This document shows, in pieces, positions 17,751 through 26,018 of a stretch of DNA of 64,000 nucleotides. A program made the translations under genes and the position numbers. The notes beneath the pieces were generated by a model, which was not told the DNA's origin, did no database searches, and was given only the letters and a program-made list of their open reading frames with translations. The stretch spans positions 62,001 through 126,000 of IMG/VR virus record IMGVR_UViG_3300049855_000348, one strand, 5' to 3'. Position 1 is the stretch's first letter. Each line of letters begins with the position of its first letter.

Positions 17751-18710
17751 TTAGAAAACCTGCTTGCCCAGATCCCCTCCGTTGCCCTGGCTGGCGAAGC
17801 GACCGGCGCGACCCTTCTTCACCGCCTCGGCCTGGGAATCGCTCACCGACAGCGGCTTGCCTTCAGCAGTCCAGATGTCGTTGAAGCACGAGCGCAGAGC
17901 GGTGATCTCGGCCTCATCATCCGAGAAGCGGGTCAGGAACATCGTCCGTGCCGTCTGGAAGGTGTGGACGGCCATGTTCTTGGCCAGATCCAGGAAGGCG
18001 CGGGTCGACACGTCCGAGTGGACGGCCTTGTTCTTCACCGCAGCACGCACCTTGCCGACGAACTGTTCCAGGGCCACCGCATCACGCGGATCGAGCTTGT
18101 CGACCGAGGAGTTGTTGCGCAGCACGGCGATGTCCAGTTCCTGGTGGTAGCCCAACTGGAGTTGGATGGCGAAGCGGTCGCGGAAGGCTTCGTTCATCAC
18201 CCGGACGCCCTCGTAGAAGGGGTTGCCGGCAGCGATCAGGCCGAACTTCTCGTGGGCCACGACGACTTCGGGCTCACCATCAGGACCCGGCTTCTCAGCC
18301 AGGACCAGTTCACGACGGTGGTCGAGCAAACCGTGGATGGCGAACGACACCTCGGGCTTGAGGCTGTTGATCTCGTCGAGCAGACAGACGTGACCGTTGC
18401 GGGCGGCACGGGTCAGGATGCCATCCATCCAGACGTAGCCGACACCGGAGGGGTTGGGGATCCACTGGCCGATCAGGGCTTCACTGGTCGCACCCGTGTG
18501 GCAGGGGATGTAGCAGTATTGCTGATTGAGGCGCAGAGCCACGTCAGCAGCCAGACTCGACTTGCCGGTGCCACGGGGTCCGAGGAGCAGACAGTTCTGC
18601 TTGTTGCGGATGGCGTCGCAGAGGATGTCCACGTCGGTCTTGTCGTGGTACTTGCGGGCGATGTAGGTCGAAACGGCGGGTGCCGGCTTGGTTGCTGTTT
18701 TCGTGGTCAT
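17751..18710 (-). CDS. MoxR/CbbQ/CobS-family AAA+ ATPase
   Basis: Walker A GPRGTGKS, Walker B LLDEIN, sensor AAGNP.YEG, MNEAFRDRF, STR. Confidence 0.92.
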   Translation of the reverse strand: MTTKTATKPAPAVSTYIARKYHDKTDVDILCDAIRNKQNCLLLGPRGTGKSSLAADVALRLNQQYCYIPCHTGATSEALIGQWIPNPSGVGYVWMDGILTRAARNGHVCLLDEINSLKPEVSFAIHGLLDHRRELVLAEKPGPDGEPEVVVAHEKFGLIAAGNPFYEGVRVMNEAFRDRFAIQLQLGYHQELDIAVLRNNSSVDKLDPRDAVALEQFVGKVRAAVKNKAVHSDVSTRAFLDLAKNMAVHTFQTARTMFLTRFSDDEAEITALRSCFNDIWTAEGKPLSVSDSQAEAVKKGRAGRFASQGNGGDLGKQVF

Positions 18711-18743
18711 GGTTGCTATGCTCCGTGCTTGGTTGATGCGCAG

Positions 18744-18771
18744 AGTATAGCGACCAATTGGTCTATGTCAA
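18744..18771 (-). promoter_or_regulatory. Repeated promoter, copy 7
   Basis: TTGACA-TAGACCAATTGGTCGC-TATACT, containing a perfect GACCAATTGGTC palindrome. Confidence 0.85.
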
Positions 18772-18774
18772 AAA

Positions 18775-19266
18775 CTATTTCCGGATACCCTGCTTGGCCA
18801 GCCAGCCGGTGAACAATGGGTGTATCTGACGCCTTACCAGCCAGATCCTGATCCGGTAAGAGACTCGAACCGGGATGGTCAGCAGGTAGGTGACCAGGGT
18901 TGCCGCAACGAACACGAAGATCCAGAAGATTCCAATGCAACAGCCGTTCTTTTCAGTCGGGCAGAGACGGGCCAATGATCGCTTGCAATGTACGGAGTGC
19001 TGATGCTGTTGATCCAGGAGGTCAAGGAACTGCCGGTGCAGGACGTTGGACGACTCCAGGTAGCGATACAGTTCACCCTCATCAACTCGGTACGGCGAGA
19101 TCAACACCAATCGTTCGATCTCACAGGCCATTGACGGGATATAATCTTCGATCACTCCGAGCATTGTCATGCGATGGTAGAAATCCATCCGACGCTTCTG
19201 GTTCCAGTTCTCTGGCCAGCCCGCTTCGAGACGGTGTTCCCCTTCGCAATACAAGCACGGCCTCAC
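18775..19266 (-). CDS. Hypothetical membrane protein
   Basis: GTGA overlap start; C-terminal hydrophobic segment. Confidence 0.6.
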   Translation of the reverse strand: MRPCLYCEGEHRLEAGWPENWNQKRRMDFYHRMTMLGVIEDYIPSMACEIERLVLISPYRVDEGELYRYLESSNVLHRQFLDLLDQQHQHSVHCKRSLARLCPTEKNGCCIGIFWIFVFVAATLVTYLLTIPVRVSYRIRIWLVRRQIHPLFTGWLAKQGIRK

Positions 19267-19535
19267 GCTGGTTTGACTTTCCGGGCCATGATGCCCATGG
19301 AGCACAGGAGGAGATCATTAGCTACGGCAACCACTCTTGGCTTCATCTTGCCGAAGATCTTCATGAACTTGTCGTCGTTGGGATTGTCACTCAGCGGGAC
19401 GATCACCATCGCCCTGACCATCGGGTTGATCTGCTGGGTATCGATCTTGACCTTGGTCTTGATCAGAGCGGTGCATCCGGCACGCTCTTTCTCGATCACC
19501 CAGATTGCGGTCAGATCAGCGGACTTTAGTTTCAC
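19263..19535 (-). CDS. Hypothetical protein
   Basis: ORF in an overlapping minus-strand run. Confidence 0.6.
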   Translation of the reverse strand: MKLKSADLTAIWVIEKERAGCTALIKTKVKIDTQQINPMVRAMVIVPLSDNPNDDKFMKIFGKMKPRVVAVANDLLLCSMGIMARKVKPA

Positions 19536-19716
19536 TCGGCCACCTTATTCGTCTGATGAGGGAGGTTGGATAGGAATACGAGCCGCGTTCGTTCTGGAGG
19601 TGAGCCGAAGCATAGTCTTCAGAGAGTGTGATTTTACCGGTGATCAGAGTACCATCGTGTAGCTCGATGGTACCCTTCCGGTCTACCACTTTTTCCCTGA
19701 TCTTGCGTGGCTCCAT
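19516..19716 (-). CDS. Small protein, possible Sm/SH3-like fold
   Basis: IELHDGTLITGKI resembles an Sm1-type motif. Confidence 0.4.
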   Translation of the reverse strand: MEPRKIREKVVDRKGTIELHDGTLITGKITLSEDYASAHLQNERGSYSYPTSLIRRIRWPSETKVR

Positions 19717-19744
19717 GAACGGCTGCATAAACCTAGATAAGCCA

Positions 19745-20356
19745 ATGGATCTGATCCGCCACACAAATCTCATCGCCGAAGAGCGAGATCCGTCAGCCAG
19801 CTTCCCGACGCCGGAGGAGATCCTGTCGGTCTTGAAGCTCTACCTGAACAAGAAGCAGAACCTGGGCGAACTCCACGACCTGCGGAACCGGCTGCTGGTA
19901 GCTGCCCGTCAACTGCTACGGAACACCATCAAGCTCAACGCCATCGTCGATCGCCCCGACTTCGATCTGCTCATGGCGAAGATGACCGGCCTGAAGAAGC
20001 TCCGTGGCTACTGGGCATCACGGCTGCTCAGTGTCCCTCTGCTGAAGTCAGCAGTCGACCAGTTGACCAAGGCGCAGAATGGTCCTCAGCTTGCCCTGGC
20101 CATTGCCCGTCTAACCGGTGTGGTCGAGAACGCCGAAGACACCATCCCAGCGCCAACCAAGACGTTCCTCGACTCCGGTGACGACACCTACAACTCGATC
20201 TACAAGTACCTGACCAAGATCGATGGCTGGAACGAGGCACGAGTCGATGAGTTCAACACCGCATTGCGGAACTTGCGTGATCGGTTAGTACAGCAAATGG
20301 CAGCGAAGATCACTGCTGCCAAGACACTGAAAGCGCCGAGGCCGGCAGGGTGGTAG
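19745..20356 (+). CDS. Hypothetical helical protein (late-type motif upstream)
   Basis: TAGATAA lies 4 nt before ATG 19745. Confidence 0.75.
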   Translation: MDLIRHTNLIAEERDPSASFPTPEEILSVLKLYLNKKQNLGELHDLRNRLLVAARQLLRNTIKLNAIVDRPDFDLLMAKMTGLKKLRGYWASRLLSVPLLKSAVDQLTKAQNGPQLALAIARLTGVVENAEDTIPAPTKTFLDSGDDTYNSIYKYLTKIDGWNEARVDEFNTALRNLRDRLVQQMAAKITAAKTLKAPRPAGW

Positions 20357-20534
20357 TTCGCAATGCAGAAGGGTGATGTTGCTCCGTCCACTTGGACCAT
20401 CGTGCGGCACGGAAAGTTTCGCTTCTACTGGTTCCCTGAGACCGGCTTCAACATCGTCCACAACTTCTGCTGGGAGTTCTCCTGGTTCTTTGTGGTCAAC
20501 GTCTGGCTGTTTGCACTCGAATGGGAATACGAAC

Positions 20535-21158
20535 CTAGCTCAGAATCTTGTTCAGACCCCGACGCAGCGAACGTGACTCCGGAAGGAAGCCATCATCTGG
20601 CGATGGATCAGGCACGTGAGCCTTCTGACCAATCCGCTGACGCATCAGTGTCCGATTCTGTTTGTCAGAGAGACCCGTAGGAATCCCCTTCACGGCTTTC
20701 ATGCCCTTCTTGACCAGGGCAGACACCTGGGATGAGTCTGGGATCTTTCCGGCCTTGAGATCCTTGTGGATGTCGCTCATACCTTCCATGAAACGCTGCT
20801 GGTAACCTGACAGGAGATCGCTGACCAGGATCTCACTGTGCGGGCCGACGCCGTTCTTCTTCATGAACGGCAGAACCTTCCTGAGGTGTGAGGCTGTGCT
20901 TCCAAAGGTCTGGATGGCGTACTTGCCTTGGTAGCCACGCACACGAACCCAGCCCTTGGCCATGGCAGCCTTGAGCAGCTTGCCGCGAACGCCTTCGGGA
21001 TCAACATCACCCGGGTTGTAGTCGGTGGTCAGGTTCTTCACTTCGGCTTCGGTGAATCCATACCGCTCAGGGTTGGCCTGGATGTCCATGCCATGCTCGG
21101 CGACGTGGTAGCCCTTGCCCGTGCTGCCATTGACCCACCAACCTTGAAAACCAGCCAT
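20535..21158 (-). CDS. Hypothetical protein, paralog of 21389-21892
   Basis: Shared G.W, H..D...NP.R.. and GW.R.R motifs. Confidence 0.75.
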   Translation of the reverse strand: MAGFQGWWVNGSTGKGYHVAEHGMDIQANPERYGFTEAEVKNLTTDYNPGDVDPEGVRGKLLKAAMAKGWVRVRGYQGKYAIQTFGSTASHLRKVLPFMKKNGVGPHSEILVSDLLSGYQQRFMEGMSDIHKDLKAGKIPDSSQVSALVKKGMKAVKGIPTGLSDKQNRTLMRQRIGQKAHVPDPSPDDGFLPESRSLRRGLNKILS

Positions 21159-21176
21159 GGTGACCCTCTGACGTAG

Positions 21177-21389
21177 TTAGCGAAAGGGTGCGATCTTGAT
21201 GGCTGGGCCGCCTAGTGTGTCCTGTTCTTTCTTGGCATCTTCGACGGCCTTCTTCTCACGCTTCTTGATGCACCTCTTGCGTCGACAGAACGGTCCAGGG
21301 CCGTCGTAACGAGGCGACGACATCATGCACTCACCGCAGGCTTTGCAGGAGAAGGTTCGACCATCTCGATCACAGATCCAGCCAGCCAT
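21177..21389 (-). CDS. Small Cys-rich basic protein
   Basis: CKAC and C..C pairs; TGATG overlap with the upstream gene. Confidence 0.55.
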   Translation of the reverse strand: MAGWICDRDGRTFSCKACGECMMSSPRYDGPGPFCRRKRCIKKREKKAVEDAKKEQDTLGGPAIKIAPFR

Positions 21390-21892
21390 CAGCGCCCCGG
21401 GTACTGAGGTTGATCGGGTCGTTCGTAGCGACGAATCCACCGATCGATCAGATCCTTCACCGGTGACTTGTGCAGTCCCTTGCCGAACTGGAATGCCCGT
21501 TCGGTCAGCGACACGCCCATGCCGAAGTCCGTGAAGGTGATCAGGGTGGTATTGCCGATCTCCTTGGACTTGATGTAGCGACGGAGGACCTTCAGAGCAT
21601 CTTCAGGATCTCCGGCGAACTCCCAGCCCAGGTGACCCTTCCACTGGCGAATGCGGATGTAGCCGGCGACGGCAGTGCGCTGGATGATCAGGGCTCTGAC
21701 ATCTTCGTTGTTGACGACAACATGACCTTGGCATGTGTGTGGCTTCTGGTCACCACGTAGAATGGCACGTTGCAGGTCGACAGCGGTCAGACGAAACCGC
21801 TGTGGGTTGCGACAGACATCCTGTGCATGATCGTCGATCAGTAGGTAGCGACGGTTGAGCCGGTCGTACCAGTATCCAGTTCCGAGAGGCAT
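21389..21892 (-). CDS. Hypothetical protein, paralog of 20535-21158
   Basis: GYWY..DH..D...NPQRF; GYIRIR. Confidence 0.75.
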   Translation of the reverse strand: MPLGTGYWYDRLNRRYLLIDDHAQDVCRNPQRFRLTAVDLQRAILRGDQKPHTCQGHVVVNNEDVRALIIQRTAVAGYIRIRQWKGHLGWEFAGDPEDALKVLRRYIKSKEIGNTTLITFTDFGMGVSLTERAFQFGKGLHKSPVKDLIDRWIRRYERPDQPQYPGR

Positions 21893-21898
21893 GTTGAA

Positions 21899-22810
21899 TT
21901 AGACCTTGGTGAATTGTGGGTGATTCTTCTTGAGGAAGTCAGCGATGAGATCGAAAGTCTTGGTCTCGAACTGAACTTCCAGTTTGGTTTTGCGGAAGAC
22001 GAAGCTGACACCAGGGAAATCTATAATGGTTCCGTAGGCGACTGAGGTGTCTGTGCCATCACAGCTTTGGATGGCCTTCCTCATGATCTCAGCCATTGGC
22101 TTGTGATCTTTGTGGACCGCACCGAGCAGGGTCAGAGTATCTTGGATGGTTTTCACCAGAAGACTTCCGCCATCGCGGCAGCCATTCTTCCAATCGATCT
22201 TGTTTGGGACCACCTTCCAGGAGTCTGCCACGTAGCAGCAAACGTATCCGTGAACTTCACCCTTTTTCTTGGTGAATGACTTCTCGATGAAGTTCTCGAA
22301 CTTCTCCTCGCTATTCATTCCAGACGATCCAATCCAACCGGAATGACCGAGTTGTTCGGCAATGATCTTTGCGAGTCGTTGTTTCGAGATGTCTTCACCA
22401 CGTCCGGCGAACTGACTGACCATGTGATTGTAGAACTTGATCAAGTTGAGCGACATCGGGTCCTTGAAATCCTGCTGTCTGGGCAGGATCTCGGTTGGGA
22501 TCGCACAAGCCAACTCGACCTGCACACCCTTGTTCAGAGCGGTCAATTCCTGGCCGAGTTTGGTGATCATCGCCTCACAGAAGACACTGGCGTTGGTGTG
22601 GTAGATCGACTGATCGTTATCTCCCTTCAGGCCGTAAATCTCAACGATTCCGCTGATCCGGTTCTTGCAGATTGCGAAGTTCCGATCGCTCTTGATCAAA
22701 GCATCGGTCATTTGCAGGTAGCTGTCCTGGAAGGTCTGCACCCATGCCGGGACATCGTCAGGTTCTTGGACGAATTGGTTCACAGTGATTCTCTCTTCGA
22801 GTTCGAGCAT
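21899..22810 (-). CDS. Hypothetical protein
   Basis: GGAGG SD before ATG 22810. Confidence 0.8.
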   Translation of the reverse strand: MLELEERITVNQFVQEPDDVPAWVQTFQDSYLQMTDALIKSDRNFAICKNRISGIVEIYGLKGDNDQSIYHTNASVFCEAMITKLGQELTALNKGVQVELACAIPTEILPRQQDFKDPMSLNLIKFYNHMVSQFAGRGEDISKQRLAKIIAEQLGHSGWIGSSGMNSEEKFENFIEKSFTKKKGEVHGYVCCYVADSWKVVPNKIDWKNGCRDGGSLLVKTIQDTLTLLGAVHKDHKPMAEIMRKAIQSCDGTDTSVAYGTIIDFPGVSFVFRKTKLEVQFETKTFDLIADFLKKNHPQFTKV

Positions 22811-22821
22811 GGTTCCTCCGA

Positions 22822-23088
22822 TTATGCGAGACGAAGAAGTGGACGATAGCTGTTGAGAGAAGGGGCCACACCACATGGTGTTGCCCGATACTCCTCGACC
22901 GCTTTCTTCCACACACGTTCGGCACGGTCAGCCGCACCAGATGCGCGAGCCAGGAGAACGAGGTTTGCTTCCCTGTTCTCTTCGTCCTCTACACACAGAC
23001 TACGAAGGTCACATTCGAGGGCGATAGCCTCGACCATTGCCTTGCGCAGCGGGTGATTGGGAAGAGTTGGATCAGACGGTTTGAACAT
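22822..23088 (-). CDS. Hypothetical protein, leaderless
   Basis: ATG is 6 nt after TATATT. Confidence 0.7.
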   Translation of the reverse strand: MFKPSDPTLPNHPLRKAMVEAIALECDLRSLCVEDEENREANLVLLARASGAADRAERVWKKAVEEYRATPCGVAPSLNSYRPLLRLA

Positions 23089-23094
23089 GCCAAC

Positions 23095-23122
23095 AATATA
23101 GCGACCATTTAGTCTAAGTCAA
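23095..23122 (-). promoter_or_regulatory. Repeated promoter, copy 8
   Basis: TTGACT-TAGACTAAATGGTCGC-TATATT-GTTGGC-ATG. Confidence 0.85.
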
Positions 23123-23158
23123 GAAGGATCCAGTAGCAGATCTGATCTCGATCGCAAT

Positions 23159-23449
23159 CGGTCAATGAGCCTTCTTTCCGAAGCACCACACCAACCAATC
23201 CTCATTCAGTCACGGTCGCTCGGTGGGGTGTGTCCACTCCGCTCTTATGACCTCCATCAGATTCGTACCCCACCACCCTTGCGAGGGATGGGTTTCCAGC
23301 AACGCGAAGCTGGTCTGCAAAGCGGCTCCTTACCAGAAAACCCCACGAGTGTCGGCGTTACCCGTTACACTGTGAGGTTTCCTGATGGTCTTTCGACCGT
23401 AGGGCGAACCGGTATTATTCGGTTTGCCTCCACCATCCATGATTGACCG
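23159..23449 (-). ncRNA. Unclassified ~290-nt structured RNA
   Basis: Ends pair (CGGTCAAT/ATTGACCG); 15-bp stem with G-U pairs specific to the minus strand; GGTC-GAAA-GACC hairpin; multi-way junction; no credible ORF. Confidence 0.65.
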
Positions 23450-23461
23450 CATGGCCGGTTG

Positions 23462-23837
23462 TGGTGGACGCGCCCGGAATCGAACCGGGGTCCAAGAGAT
23501 CTTCTTTCTGTGTGCTCTACCAAGAATATGAGGTGTTTCTGTCCTCCAACCTAGTTGGTCTTTTCTCGATGACCTACACTCGTCTGCGTTGTTCTTTCGT
23601 GCCTTACCCGCAGCGGGAAAGCCCTAGCGTCCGGCCTATGGTACCAGGGTGCGACCGGCGACGGCCCTGGGGTTGTTGGTGCAGCGTCTAGCTGCCTGAT
23701 TGCTCAGGCGGCGAGTGCGATGCGACCGTACTCGACGTGATCGTCGGGTATTTTTTTACGGGTTTTTTAGGTGGACTCCCGCACCACCTCTTGGCTCACC
23801 CTGATGTCTGTTCTCCTGTCGAGACCTGTTCGCGCCC
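23462..23837 (-). ncRNA. ssrA: tmRNA (one-piece), tag (A)DDHVEYGRIALAA
   Basis: Acceptor stem GGGCGCG/CGCGTCC with G3-U70 and encoded ACCA; T-arm CCCGG-TTCGATT-CCGGG; pk1 AGGTGG/CCACCT plus TGCGGG/CCCGTA; tag ORF at 23704-23745. Confidence 0.95.
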
Positions 23838-23852
23838 ACATGAACTGATTGT

Positions 23853-23890
23853 AAAAGAGACCACCGGGCGCTCGGTGCGTACCGGTGGTC
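23853..23890 (-). terminator. Terminator-like hairpin immediately upstream of tmRNA
   Basis: GACCACCGG...CCGGTGGTC followed by TCTTTT. Confidence 0.6.
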
Positions 23891-24195
23891 GGAATCTCGT
23901 TGGTTCGTCGTGCGTGTCAACCGATGGTTAGGTCAATGTCGCATGTCGTCCTTTCTTTTTGGTGCGCTGTCCGAGGTCGCGCCTACCTGTCGTCTCTCCG
24001 TTTTTTTTCTTACCGCCAGATCAGCTTGGGGGATTGGCCTTACGCTGTCGTCGCAGCACATAGTACGCATGTGTTGTGTGTGTATTCAATGCATTGGAAC
24101 CTCCTTCTTTGTTTTACGTAAGGCACCTTCTCAGTCGGTCAGGTTGGGGGTTGTCCTTACCCTGGGCTCCGTGAGTCGGCAGATCATCGTTGCGG
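23891..24195 (-). ncRNA. Structured leader / small RNA containing two minigenes
   Basis: Duplicated hairpin motif CAG(G/C)GTAAGG..CCCCCAA(C/G)CTG; SD-ATG-CAT-TGA at 24086-24094; SD-ATG-CGA-CAT-TGA at 23933-23944. Confidence 0.5.
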
Positions 24196-24200
24196 CGATA

Positions 24201-24228
24201 TTTATAGCGACCATTTGGTCTATGTCAA
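24201..24228 (-). promoter_or_regulatory. Repeated promoter, copy 9 (drives the ncRNA cluster)
   Basis: TTGACA-TAGACCAAATGGTCGC-TATAAA. Confidence 0.85.
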
Positions 24229-25988
24229 ACAATTTGTGGAACGCCGGCTTCTGCGAGTCGTGATTTTCCGATCGTCCTGACCTTGATGCCCAGTGTACCG
24301 AGAAACGGCATCAGGTGACGGTAGTTGCGCACGATCTTCGGGAAGTTCTGGTCGATCTCTGAAACCTTGGTCTCTTTGTAGAATCGTGGCTGCTGTGGTG
24401 AGTAGTCATGACCACAACCAGCGAGCAGGATGTCCTTGGCTCCAGCCCACACAGCGACCTGAATGGCCACCCAGACGATCGAGTAACCATGGAAGATGCC
24501 ACGGGTGAGGTCGGAGCAGAAACCCTCATGGCCGATGGTCTTGATGTACGAAGCATCGCAGTTGCCAGGAAGGAATGGACGAACCACCGAGTTGTAGATC
24601 TTCAGACCACACGCCTTGATGGCGATCTCTTTCTTCTCTGGAACATCGAGGAAACGCTTGTCGCCGATGCAATACACATCGAACGGGATACCGAGTTTCA
24701 TCGCAGCGTTGGTGCCGATGTTCTTGGCGTTTGGGTAGAGTCCAACCGCTTCAAGTGCTGTTGGTCCATTTCCCCAGATCACCACCTGCTGATCTTTCCA
24801 TTGCCCGAACAGTTCAAGCACGGCGGGCTGGATCTTCTCCGGCACGAGGTACGGAGAGGCGAGACGCTGGAAACCTCCCCACTGACGGAAATAGGTTTTC
24901 TCTTTCACTGGTGGAGTGATGGGACTCTGACCGGTGGTGACTTGCTCATAAACATCGGTGAAGTGTCTGACCAGTCGATTGGGATTCCAGTTGTTCTCCA
25001 TCCACGAACGACCGTCAATTTTCAACTTCTCCACCAGATCTGGATTGGCGGCGAGATTGCGCAGTGTGGCTTCGAGTTCGTGCTGCTGCGTGTTCACCCA
25101 TGGCAGGGTGGTGTCGTATCCAACGATCTGACGGATGGCATCCTTCGTCTGATCATCAATCCAGCCGATGGTGACCAGACCCTGGCTGAGAGCTTCCAAC
25201 GAACAGAGATGGTAGCCACCAGTGACGCACTCGTCGATGCAGACATCGTGCTGTTGTTTGATGGGCATCAACTCTTCCCAACGCTTGTCGGTGATGAGTG
25301 TGTACTCGATGAGCCCTTCGGCCTGCAATTTCTTCAGGACAGCGTTGACGGTGGAATAGCCCTTGCCGCAGCAGGTGTTGGTGTAGATGGCGTAGGACTT
25401 CAGATCGCTTGGTGTGTAGATGACCTTCAGTTTGCTGTGCTTCGCCAGCATCGGCATCAGGCGTGTGTCGTAGATGTCGATCATGTTCGGAACTGGCGTG
25501 CTCTTGGGATAGAAGCGAACATGCTTCTGAGCGATGACCAGCGTGCGAATGTCATCACGATTCACCACATCACGCTTATAAGCCTTCTGGAGGAGTGATG
25601 GTTCGGTGTGGTACTGGAGGACTTTGTATTTCTCCCGCAGCAAGTGCTTGAACGGAGCCATCTCAGGCGATTCGTGATCCACCCAGTTGTGAAAGTGAAT
25701 CACATCAGCCTTGCTGATGAGGTGCTTCACTTCGTGGACTTGATGCAGGAAGACATCGTGCTGAAACTTCCGACCGTTGGTGGTGTCACTGGCGGTGACC
25801 GTCCGGCAGGTGTGTGACGTGTACTTGTTGATGGCGTCATGGATGCGCCAGATCGCCCCGGCACAGTTGGTCCGAGAGATCTGAAGGATCAGTTTTCCTT
25901 CCGCCTTGTTGATTGCCGGGGCGGCGTTCTGCAACTCGGGAAAGGATGAGTTATCCATCGGGATCAGTTCGACTGGGTAGTTGGTCAT
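24225..25988 (-). CDS. Two-domain glycosyltransferase (GT-B-like plus DUF115/MAF-like domain)
   Basis: KGY and GYHLCSLEALSQG (GT-B); C-terminal IWGNGP..IGTN..AIQVAVWAGAKDILLAGC. Confidence 0.75.
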   Translation of the reverse strand: MTNYPVELIPMDNSSFPELQNAAPAINKAEGKLILQISRTNCAGAIWRIHDAINKYTSHTCRTVTASDTTNGRKFQHDVFLHQVHEVKHLISKADVIHFHNWVDHESPEMAPFKHLLREKYKVLQYHTEPSLLQKAYKRDVVNRDDIRTLVIAQKHVRFYPKSTPVPNMIDIYDTRLMPMLAKHSKLKVIYTPSDLKSYAIYTNTCCGKGYSTVNAVLKKLQAEGLIEYTLITDKRWEELMPIKQQHDVCIDECVTGGYHLCSLEALSQGLVTIGWIDDQTKDAIRQIVGYDTTLPWVNTQQHELEATLRNLAANPDLVEKLKIDGRSWMENNWNPNRLVRHFTDVYEQVTTGQSPITPPVKEKTYFRQWGGFQRLASPYLVPEKIQPAVLELFGQWKDQQVVIWGNGPTALEAVGLYPNAKNIGTNAAMKLGIPFDVYCIGDKRFLDVPEKKEIAIKACGLKIYNSVVRPFLPGNCDASYIKTIGHEGFCSDLTRGIFHGYSIVWVAIQVAVWAGAKDILLAGCGHDYSPQQPRFYKETKVSEIDQNFPKIVRNYRHLMPFLGTLGIKVRTIGKSRLAEAGVPQIV

Positions 25989-26018
25989 GGATGAGTGCTG
26001 GTCTTCTACTTATGAGCG

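Noticed and set aside
20363-20680. Trp/Phe-rich plus-strand ORF
   Set aside because: Overlaps the convergent 20535 gene by about 145 bp and has no recognisable motif; the 5' half may be real but cannot be supported.
23462-23500. Possible tRNA gene or attachment site
   Set aside because: The T-arm and acceptor belong to the tmRNA; there is no anticodon arm, no duplicate copy and no integrase in the window.
23165-24263. Plus-strand ORFs across the ncRNA region
   Set aside because: Atypical composition and no SD; the region is explained by tmRNA and structured RNAs on the minus strand.
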